Assembly (NCBI GenBank): GCA_017515595.1
Contig: JAFWFL010000025.1
Location: forward strand, 1 to 62,545
Source: Coriobacteriales bacterium
GTDB taxonomy: Bacteria; Actinomycetota; Coriobacteriia; Coriobacteriales; UMGS124
DNA length: 62,545 nt
Direction of reading: 5' to 3'
Shown in pieces: positions 48,405 through 56,366 of this stretch. A program made the translations under genes and the position numbers. Within the stretch, counting starts at the first letter, position 1. The number at the start of each line of letters is the position of its first letter. A model generated the notes under the pieces. The model did no database searches. It saw nothing but the letters and a program-made list of their open reading frames with translations, and was not told the DNA's origin.

Positions 48405-50512
48405 GACGCATCACCTCCCCTCAGGGTTTGTTCAATGCTTTTGAGTTCCTCAGCGCTCAACTGGCTCTGAGCAATTTCACGGTACGTTTCGCAAGAATTC
48501 ATAAGCTCGCTGTGCGTACCGCAGCCCACCAGTTTTCCTTCATCCAAAACAAGTATCTGGTCTGCATCAAGAGCGCTCGCAATACGCTGAGTAACCATAA
48601 AGATAGTTGCCCCTTGCGTTTCCTTACGCAAAGCGCTTCTCACTGCGGCGTCTGTTGCTCCGTCCAAAGCGCTCATGGCATCATCAAGCAAGTAAATAAC
48701 CGGCTGGGATGCAACGGCTCGCGCGATTGCAAGCCGCTGGCGCTGCCCGCCTGAAACATTGAGACCGCCCTGTGATATCTCGGCATCAAAGCCATTGGGC
48801 TTTTGTTCAATGAACTCGAGCGCTTGTGCAACCTGAGCGGCATGCTTTACCTGTTCATCAGGCATATTTGGATCACTATACGCAATATTCGAGCGAATTG
48901 TGCCGCTAAAAAGAACCGATGTTTGCGGCACATACCCAATATGCTTATGCAAATCGCTCTGGGCATATTCTTTGATGGAATGACCGTCAATATAAACGGT
49001 ACCCTGCGTTGCATCATAAATGCGGCCAATCATGCGTAAAAGCGTTGATTTACCTGAACCGGTAGAACCCACAATCGCCGTGACCTGACCGGGATATGCG
49101 CTAAAACTGATATCATGAAGCACATCGCCCTCTGCAGCAGGGAACCTTAGGCTTACATCAGTGAATTGAACACTCCCCTGCCATCCCAGCTCAGGAGCTG
49201 TACGTGCATTTTCTGCATCTTGTATGTCGCTCTTTGTGGCGAGAACTTCTTCTATACGTTCTGATGAAACCTGTGCGCGCGGGAGCATAATCGCAATCAT
49301 GGTAAGCATCATAAACGACATACAAAACAGCATTGCATAGTTCATAAACGCCATTAAGTCGCCTACACGTACTATACCTGCGGTAATCTCAAATGCACCA
49401 AACCAAATAATGGCCATACCCGTGCCGTTCATAATAAGCATAATCGCCGGCGCCATAGAAGCCATAGCATGGTTAACAAAGAGCATGTTTGCGGTAAGAT
49501 CCTCATTGGCCTTGTCAAAACGGGCTTGTTCATGAGATTCCCGGCCAAATGCGCGAATCACATTGACTCCGGTCAGCTCTTCCCGGGCAACAAGATTAAC
49601 CCTGTCAATAAGCTGCTGCATCAGCTTAAAGCGTGGCATGGTTAAGCACAAAAGCGAAATAACCACCAAAAGAATCGCCGCTACCGCCACACCTACAATC
49701 CAAAACATATTGGGGGCAGTCATAGCAACCATAATCCCTGCACCTATTGCCATAATAGGCGCAAGAACCACCACACGCATGAGCATAACTATAACGCTCT
49801 GAATCTGAGTGATGTCATTCGTACACCGCGTAATGAGCGAAGCAGTACTGAATTCCTGGATGTTTCTGCGTGAGAATCCCAGAACGCTCTCGAACACCCG
49901 CTCGCGGACATCGCGCGCGATTTTTGCCGCAGTGCGCGAAGCTATAGCGGCAATTGCCACAGCCAGACCCAAGCTTAAAAGTGTAAGACCCAGCATAACG
50001 CCGCCGCGCTGGAGCAGATACGTAATCTGAATTTGAGAAACATCCATTCCGAGCTTCTCATATTCTTCGCGAATAAAACTTGCCACACGGGCATCGCGTA
50101 ATCCTGTATCTTCTGCAGAAGAAGCCTCAAGACCATATTTTTGTTCATAAAGCTGAGCTTCATAGGCAAGAATCATTTCCTTCACGCGCACCATGGTGTC
50201 TGATTGCTCAGCTTCAGGCAAAATCGCCGATCTGCTGTAATACGGTGTGCTTTCACCTTCACACAACTCATAAAATTCACCAAAGATTACCTGATCCTGG
50301 CTATCTTCGAACTTTTGATATATCGCTCGGTAGGTTTCCTCCGTCAGAACAGGAGAAACGCCGCTCTCAATGCCGTATTGCTGAATACCTACATTTACAA
50401 TATCGCTTGTACACCGCGGTATATTAAGATCAGCAACTACCTGTATACACATAAGGCATATAACAGCAATAACAGCTCCTAAATGCCCTTTAAAATACTT
50501 GAACACTCCCAT
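48401..50512 (-). CDS. Heterodimeric ABC exporter subunit (degenerate Walker B) with large loop after TM1
   Basis: TMD plus NBD with GSTGSGKS, VSGGQRQ, YLLDD, and TQR in place of the H-loop. Confidence 0.92.
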   Translation of the reverse strand: MGVFKYFKGHLGAVIAVICLMCIQVVADLNIPRCTSDIVNVGIQQYGIESGVSPVLTEETYRAIYQKFEDSQDQVIFGEFYELCEGESTPYYSRSAILPEAEQSDTMVRVKEMILAYEAQLYEQKYGLEASSAEDTGLRDARVASFIREEYEKLGMDVSQIQITYLLQRGGVMLGLTLLSLGLAVAIAAIASRTAAKIARDVRERVFESVLGFSRRNIQEFSTASLITRCTNDITQIQSVIVMLMRVVVLAPIMAIGAGIMVAMTAPNMFWIVGVAVAAILLVVISLLCLTMPRFKLMQQLIDRVNLVAREELTGVNVIRAFGRESHEQARFDKANEDLTANMLFVNHAMASMAPAIMLIMNGTGMAIIWFGAFEITAGIVRVGDLMAFMNYAMLFCMSFMMLTMIAIMLPRAQVSSERIEEVLATKSDIQDAENARTAPELGWQGSVQFTDVSLRFPAAEGDVLHDISFSAYPGQVTAIVGSTGSGKSTLLRMIGRIYDATQGTVYIDGHSIKEYAQSDLHKHIGYVPQTSVLFSGTIRSNIAYSDPNMPDEQVKHAAQVAQALEFIEQKPNGFDAEISQGGLNVSGGQRQRLAIARAVASQPVIYLLDDAMSALDGATDAAVRSALRKETQGATIFMVTQRIASALDADQILVLDEGKLVGCGTHSELMNSCETYREIAQSQLSAEELKSIEQTLRGGDAS

Positions 50513-50651
50513 GAATCTTTGAATAACCTCCTTACATAGATTCGTCGTGTTTATATAATCTTATTTTACGCCTAATTCCTGAATGTACTGAACGGTGATC
50601 TGTAGTGATTCCGTGGGTGTGTTATGGATTTTTAAATAAAAGCGCAAGCTG

Positions 50652-50660
50652 TGCTATAGT
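50652..50660 (+). promoter_or_regulatory. Extended -10 promoter for rpmB
   Basis: TGcTATAGT about 60 nt upstream of the ATG; AGAAGGAG SD downstream. Confidence 0.5.
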
Positions 50661-50719
50661 TTGCAAATTGCAAATAGCGTTATGGTTTAAAACCTGTTCC
50701 ACTAGAAGGAGTTCTTCAC

Positions 50720-50908
50720 ATGTCCCGAGTATGCGAGATCTGCGGTAAGCATCCTGTAGCAAGCCGTACCGTTAGCCACTCACATCGCGTTGTAAACCGT
50801 CAGCATATCCCCAACATCCAAGACGTGTATGTTGTTGTTGATGGCGAGCGTCGCAAGATGAAGGTCTGCACCAAGTGCATGAAATCCGGCAGGGTTGTAC
50901 GCGGCTAA
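50720..50908 (+). CDS. rpmB: 50S ribosomal protein L28 (zinc-binding form)
   Basis: MSRVCEICGK...VSHSH...PNIQ...VCTKC. Confidence 0.95.
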   Translation: MSRVCEICGKHPVASRTVSHSHRVVNRQHIPNIQDVYVVVDGERRKMKVCTKCMKSGRVVRG

Positions 50909-50929
50909 TTGGTGTTTCTGAGCAAGGTT

Positions 50930-50959
50930 AAAAAGGGCTGCCCTCGGGCAGCCCTTTTT
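50930..50959. terminator. Intrinsic terminator after rpmB (bidirectional shape)
   Basis: AAAAAGGGCTGCCC-tc-GGGCAGCCCTTTTT. Confidence 0.88.
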
Positions 50960-51033
50960 TGTTTGACTTGAACCAGATCATAAGCCAGAGAGTCAGGTGG
51001 ACAGTTCTTATTGACTCATCCCCTGGCTCATTA

Positions 51034-51777
51034 TCAATAATTCCTCAGCTTGTGCAGCTGCTTTTTTATGGCTTCTCTTAGAACAGTCACAAGAGCTATA
51101 CCGCTTGAGACTTCAACATATGCGCCGGATTGGTTCACTATGTTTGAAACTCCCAAATCGCTCAACAATTCAACATGCCGGTTTTGCAGATTCCACTCCA
51201 TACCGTTCTCGCTCACAACGGTATTCTCGGCAAGCGCGATTACACTGAGCGTACGTCCAATATCACGCGATGTTGCAACAAAACGGCTCCTTGCATCCTC
51301 ATGGAGTATATAAGCCGTCATGCTGTCTTCTTCTATACATGGCTCAAGCATATACTCATGCGCTATGCTCCCAAGCGCTGCCAGTTCATGATCAAGGCGT
51401 CCGCCGAGAATACCCGTGCATACCAAATAGGGCTTCTCTCCCCGGGCTTTTGCGACATCCTTAACATGGCGCAAGGCGAGTTCGAGGTCCGTCTCGTCTT
51501 TATGTTCATCATACTTTAAAATAAGAGCGCCGCAGGACTTTGCATACTCCAATGCTTCTGTGCTTACAGAATCAAGATCGCCCACAAGCGCATCTATTCT
51601 GACTTTAGATTCATAGCATGCTTTTGCACCGGCGTCTGCGGCAACAATATAATGTGATTGCATAGCAAGCGCCTGAACAAGCTCAACTGAGGGCTTCTTT
51701 GGCGAGCCGCCTACTATGAGCGCCCTCATCTGAGGAACGCCTGACTGTTGCGTATTATGTTGACCGAACATTTGCAT
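51034..51777 (-). CDS. thiN: Thiamine diphosphokinase
   Basis: AADAG, GDLDS, KDETD, GGRLDH, GVSN; start uncertain. Confidence 0.92.
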   Translation of the reverse strand: MQMFGQHNTQQSGVPQMRALIVGGSPKKPSVELVQALAMQSHYIVAADAGAKACYESKVRIDALVGDLDSVSTEALEYAKSCGALILKYDEHKDETDLELALRHVKDVAKARGEKPYLVCTGILGGRLDHELAALGSIAHEYMLEPCIEEDSMTAYILHEDARSRFVATSRDIGRTLSVIALAENTVVSENGMEWNLQNRHVELLSDLGVSNIVNQSGAYVEVSSGIALVTVLREAIKKQLHKLRNY

Positions 51778-51888
51778 TCTCCGACTCTCGTGTGAAGGCT
51801 GTGCATGTTATGAATTTTACCATAGATTCATATTTTACGGGTACTATGCAACATTGCAAAATTTCGACATCAACCCGAGAGAGTTTTT

Positions 51889-52263
51889 ATGCCCCGTTAT
51901 GACTATCGCTGTACCGAATGTAATCATGTGTTTGAGGTTACACACGGAATGAAAGAACACCCAGACATTCTTTGCCCCGAGTGCGGTGCCGCCGCAACGC
52001 GCGTATTTGATGTCAGCGGTATTATTCTTAAAGGCAGCGGCTTTTATAATACTGACCAGCGCGGCAAAAAGGGAGCTACCCCTGCCACCGCCGCACCTGA
52101 AGAAAAGAATTCTTCAAACGAGGATTCGATTAAAACTGATTCCGCTCAAAAGGACAGCTCATCTTCTCAGAAGAAGAATGAAGGCTCTAAACCCACTTCT
52201 CAAGATACCGGTTCATCTTCTAAAACTTCAGAAAAGACATCGACCACAAAAAAGGAAGCATAA
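51889..52263 (+). CDS. FmdB-family zinc-ribbon protein with Ser/Thr/Lys-rich tail
   Basis: MPRYDYRCTEC...CPECG...KGSGFYNTD. Confidence 0.9.
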   Translation: MPRYDYRCTECNHVFEVTHGMKEHPDILCPECGAAATRVFDVSGIILKGSGFYNTDQRGKKGATPATAAPEEKNSSNEDSIKTDSAQKDSSSSQKKNEGSKPTSQDTGSSSKTSEKTSTTKKEA

Positions 52264-53108
52264 TGGACGCCGGGCCCGGTCAACCCCCTGTTGCATCTGA
52301 ATCTGTACAAAGCGACCTCGAACGCTTGCAAACAGAGATTTCTCAATACCCGAGTCTTCTGGTGGCTTTCTCCGGCGGAGTCGATTCTTCGCTCTTGCTT
52401 AAGGTCGCCCATGATGTACTGGGCGATCACGTTGTTGCCGCAACCGTAGAGGGCGTCACTCTCCCCTCGGGCGAGGCTGACCTTGCCCGGCTATTCTGCG
52501 AAGACTACAATATTCGCCATATAGAGCTCAGCATTGATGAACTCTCTTTTGAGGGCTTTGCTCAGAACCCGCCAAACCGGTGCTACCTTTGCAAGCGTGA
52601 GATATTTAGCGCGCTCAAAGAAGCTGCTTGTAAGCTTGGTATACAAACGGTAGCAGAAGGCTCGAATCTTGATGACATGGGCGATTACCGTCCCGGGATG
52701 AAAGCTGTCACCGAACTTGGCATTGTAAGCCCGCTCCGCAACGCCGGCCTTACCAAAAAACGTATTCGCGCATGCGCAAAGGCTCTTGGCCTCAAAGTAT
52801 GGAATAAACCATCTCTTGCTTGCTTAGCCTCTCGCTTTGCTTACGGAGAAACCCTTACCAAGCAAAAATTCGAACAAGTCGATGCTGCCGAGAAATGCTT
52901 ACGGGGACTTGGTCTCAGCCAAGTCCGAGTACGGGTTACCGGCTCAGATGCGCGTATAGAAGCTTTGCCTTCTGAGTTTGATCTTCTCATTCACAACGAT
53001 ATGCCTCATATCATAGGCCAAACACTTAAAGAGCTTGGGTTTACTCATGTATCGCTTGATTTGTTAGGGTATCGCACTGGGAGCATGAACGAGGGTCTCA
53101 CGCGGTAA
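52263..53108 (+). CDS. larE: ATP-dependent sulfur transferase LarE family
   Basis: AFSGGVDS PP-loop, RCYLCK, DYRPG, KPSLACLASR, RVR, GYRTGSMN. Confidence 0.88.
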   Translation: MDAGPGQPPVASESVQSDLERLQTEISQYPSLLVAFSGGVDSSLLLKVAHDVLGDHVVAATVEGVTLPSGEADLARLFCEDYNIRHIELSIDELSFEGFAQNPPNRCYLCKREIFSALKEAACKLGIQTVAEGSNLDDMGDYRPGMKAVTELGIVSPLRNAGLTKKRIRACAKALGLKVWNKPSLACLASRFAYGETLTKQKFEQVDAAEKCLRGLGLSQVRVRVTGSDARIEALPSEFDLLIHNDMPHIIGQTLKELGFTHVSLDLLGYRTGSMNEGLTR

Positions 53109-53325
53109 TTATGTTTTTAAGAATTGAAGAAAGACTTCTGAAAGAGGATACCTATCTTCTCCTCGCTAGCCTGCCGCGGGTTGCGTGTACGACGCGGTTC
53201 CCATACTACTAGTGAGTCTTTTCTACTCGTGCCGTGTCTATGCAACCGCGCGTACAGAGACGCTCGGATAAGATAGGTATCCTCTTTCAGAAGTCTTTCT
53301 TCAATTCTTAAAAACATAATTACCG
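53103..53325. repeat. Perfect 56-bp inverted repeat enclosing a structured 111-bp core (possible MITE/REP-like or invertible element)
   Basis: 53103-53158 is the exact reverse complement of 53270-53325. Confidence 0.95.
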
Positions 53326-53332
53326 GGACGTT

Positions 53333-54703
53333 TTACTGAGGCTGCTTTGTAAGAACAGCGCAGAAATGGCCGTCACAGGATGTTTTTGAGGGATAAGTGC
53401 GCATGTAGCCTTCAGGTGTTGAAACTGATTGGAGCTCTTGTCTAAGGGGTTCTGAAGAAGCTCGTTCGGATATGGGATCAATTACAAAACCTTTTCCCTC
53501 TTCAGAATTCAAAAACGCATCAATAACATCTTCATTTTCTTGACGGAGGATCGAGCAGGTAGAGTAAATAAGGCTTCCGCTGCTGTTCAAATGCTTGGCA
53601 ACACTTTTTAACATCTTTACTTGTAAAGCTGCACATGAGTCAACATCGTTTGGGGTAAGAGACCAAACTATTTCAGGGTGACGGCGCAGCGTACCGGTGC
53701 CTGTACAGGGAGCGTCAACAAGTATGCGATCGAATGCATCAGGGAGTTCTTGCCAAACTTCTTCTTGGCAGATATCACCGGTATACCATGAGACACCGGT
53801 CATGCCGTTTAATTCAAAGCGCTCTGAGGCAATGTTTGCTTTGTGATCGTGGATATCAACGGCGCAAATATGCGCTTCTGACGCAAATCTATTGGCATGA
53901 GACATCATGAGAAGGCTTTTTGTGCCTCTGCCGCTGCCTACTTCTAGCATTTGCTCGCTGTGTTTTGGCGCTGCTATATATGCTACTGTCTGAGCTGCAT
54001 AGTCGCTTACAACTGCGTAATTGTCTTTGAAAAGTTTGCAGGTACTAATACGCTCAGGATTTTGTATAAGAAATGCTCCGGGTATTTCACCGCAGGGGAC
54101 AGTATGTAAACCTTCAGCTTCAAACTGAGCTTGTGCTGAGACGGCAGGAATGCATGGTTCCAAGGCTGCTACATAAATGGGAGGTTCATTGAGAAGCGAT
54201 TCGCTTAAAGCTTTTGCTCGTTCTTCTGTGCAATCTTCGATAATCCTCTTAAAAATCCAACTGGGAAGGCCGTATTTTGCTTCCGGGTTTGATTCAAAAA
54301 AGGTTTCACGGTTTTGGGCTATTTTGCGCAGTACGGCATTTGCCAGACCGGCAGCGCTTTTTGTATGCAATCTCACAAGTTCAACGCCTTGACTTACGGC
54401 AACATGTGCAGGCTTCTCGAGATACAGCAGTTCATAGGCAGAAATGCGCAGGGCTTCTCGTACTGATGTATCTAGTTTTGATGGTTTGGCAACATAGTTG
54501 TCAATTATCTCATCAAGGGTTCCTTTGGCGGCTTCGCAACCGAGAGCTAGTTTGCGTGCGAAAGCAGCGTCTGACTCTTGTAAGCCTTGAAGCTGTTGCG
54601 TGCCAAAAGGAGAATTTAATACCTCACGCACATAGGCATTGCGCTCGTGGGCATGGCATAAAACATTGTATGCACTTTTACGGGCGCTCGAAAGTTGGGC
54701 CAT
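53333..54703 (-). CDS. rsmB: 16S rRNA m5C967 methyltransferase RsmB/Sun (NusB-like plus MTase domains)
   Basis: NusB-like N-terminus (NAVLR), DAPCTGTG, YSTCS, DGHF; follows fmt. Confidence 0.88.
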   Translation of the reverse strand: MAQLSSARKSAYNVLCHAHERNAYVREVLNSPFGTQQLQGLQESDAAFARKLALGCEAAKGTLDEIIDNYVAKPSKLDTSVREALRISAYELLYLEKPAHVAVSQGVELVRLHTKSAAGLANAVLRKIAQNRETFFESNPEAKYGLPSWIFKRIIEDCTEERAKALSESLLNEPPIYVAALEPCIPAVSAQAQFEAEGLHTVPCGEIPGAFLIQNPERISTCKLFKDNYAVVSDYAAQTVAYIAAPKHSEQMLEVGSGRGTKSLLMMSHANRFASEAHICAVDIHDHKANIASERFELNGMTGVSWYTGDICQEEVWQELPDAFDRILVDAPCTGTGTLRRHPEIVWSLTPNDVDSCAALQVKMLKSVAKHLNSSGSLIYSTCSILRQENEDVIDAFLNSEEGKGFVIDPISERASSEPLRQELQSVSTPEGYMRTYPSKTSCDGHFCAVLTKQPQ

Positions 54704-55696
54704 TTAACAGGCCTTCCAAATTAATTCTTGCGATTTTAGACCCGGAATAAATTCCTTGCTATGCATTGAGCGTTTTCCGTCGGGTTTGAGTTCCAGGACT
54801 TCGAGGACACTCCCGCTTTCGCAACCTAGCAAGAGCTTCTTCTGTTCGATCGACACAGCGCCAGCTTTGGGCATCGCAAAGGGCATCTCGTTCTTTTCGG
54901 ATTCGCTTATTACATGAGCTTTCATCACACGGAGGCTCTTATCGCAAATTATGCATCTGGCCGGTGCGGCGTCGCTTGAGGCTTGGATACGACACATATT
55001 GTGGTTTGCGTCAAGACTTGGGTCCAAGAGGACATCGGACTTTGCTAGTTTTGGGGCAAACGTAGCTTGGGAATCATCCTGCGCTATCCACTCGGGAGTT
55101 TTGCCCTGAGCATATATGTTAAGTACCTCGAGCATGCCCTTGCTTGCTGCTTTAGAAACCTCTAAAGAGACCTCTTCATACGTGCGCTCTCCAACCTCAA
55201 CACTCCCCTGCAGACAGTATGGGCCTGAATCGAGGCCTTCTTCTATGCGCATAATTGAATAACCAAGCTTTGGCTCTCCGTGCAAAAGGGACTGTTGCAT
55301 GGGAGCTGCACCTCTGCCTTTGGGCAAAAGGCTGGCATGGAGGTTAATGATGTCATAACGCGGGAGTTCGATAACACGAACAGGAACAATGGCTCCGTAT
55401 GCGGCAACAACCATCACATCACAGGGAATCTCGCTCAAATATGAATAAATCTCATCTGATTTAAGCGACGCTGTTTCTAAAATGGGCAAACCATAAGATT
55501 GCGCAACCTGTTTAACCGGGCTCGGCAGCAACGTTTTGCCGCGGCCTGAGGCCGCGTCAGGGCGGGTTACCACAAGATTGACCTCAATACCGTCTGCCTC
55601 GGCAAGGGCTTTGAGAGGTTCACAGGCGAACTCAGGCGTTCCCATAAAAATAATGCGGAGAGGCCCGCTTTGAGCCAACGTGCTGCTTTGCGTCAT
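54704..55696 (-). CDS. fmt: Methionyl-tRNA formyltransferase
   Basis: FMGTPEFA, VVTRPD, AYG, NLHASLLP..RGAAP, LDSG. Confidence 0.95.
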   Translation of the reverse strand: MTQSSTLAQSGPLRIIFMGTPEFACEPLKALAEADGIEVNLVVTRPDAASGRGKTLLPSPVKQVAQSYGLPILETASLKSDEIYSYLSEIPCDVMVVAAYGAIVPVRVIELPRYDIINLHASLLPKGRGAAPMQQSLLHGEPKLGYSIMRIEEGLDSGPYCLQGSVEVGERTYEEVSLEVSKAASKGMLEVLNIYAQGKTPEWIAQDDSQATFAPKLAKSDVLLDPSLDANHNMCRIQASSDAAPARCIICDKSLRVMKAHVISESEKNEMPFAMPKAGAVSIEQKKLLLGCESGSVLEVLELKPDGKRSMHSKEFIPGLKSQELIWKAC

Positions 55697-55699
55697 AGT

Positions 55700-56236
55700 T
55701 TAAACCTCGGTATCTCCCGGCATTGCACCGTTATCAAGCGCCTCATGGTATGCCCTGACCGCTGACAAGCGATCCTGGGGCTTCAGCCGCTCAAACATGG
55801 TAATTCCGTGCAGATGATCTATCTCATGCTGGAGGCATCTGCAAAACAGACCGTCCTTCGCATCATATTGCATAAGTCTGCCTTCGAGATCGCGTGCATG
55901 CACAACTACGTGGCGCGACCTCTCGATCTCAAACGACACACCGGGAATGCTCAGGCAACCCTCGCACTCGGTAATAATATCATCGGATTTTTCTACAATC
56001 TCAGGGTTAATAAGGAATATGGGGTTCTTTTTGCCCGTGTCGCCCCAGTCGCAGTCTATGACAATGAGCTGCTTTAAAACGCCTACCTGAGGAGCCGCGA
56101 TGCCGCAGCCTTCATATTTATACATTGTCTTGGCCATTTGCTGAGCCAGTTTTTTTATGTCATCATCAATCTGATCAATGGGTTCGCACTCTTCGCGAAG
56201 TCTCTCATCCGGTGATAATACAATCTGTAACGCCAC
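55700..56236 (-). CDS. def: Peptide deformylase
   Basis: GCGIAAPQVG, EGCLS, QHEIDHLHG. Confidence 0.97.
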   Translation of the reverse strand: MALQIVLSPDERLREECEPIDQIDDDIKKLAQQMAKTMYKYEGCGIAAPQVGVLKQLIVIDCDWGDTGKKNPIFLINPEIVEKSDDIITECEGCLSIPGVSFEIERSRHVVVHARDLEGRLMQYDAKDGLFCRCLQHEIDHLHGITMFERLKPQDRLSAVRAYHEALDNGAMPGDTEV

Positions 56237-56366
56237 AATTACCCTCCTTGGGATGTCAAAAATGAACGCGGTAAGTGTACCCTAAAAACACTAAAGACGA
56301 AATGTATATCAGCCTGCTCTCTCAAATACCACCTAAAGTTGTCCCTAGGGTTCCTAAAACGTATTT

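Noticed and set aside
48401-50512. Degenerate Walker B and H-loop as pseudogene signs
   Set aside because: Normal asymmetry of heterodimeric ABC exporters; the ORF is intact
53103-53325. Retron msr-msd or autonomous IS
   Set aside because: No reverse transcriptase or transposase in the window and no clear target duplication; kept as an unexplained element
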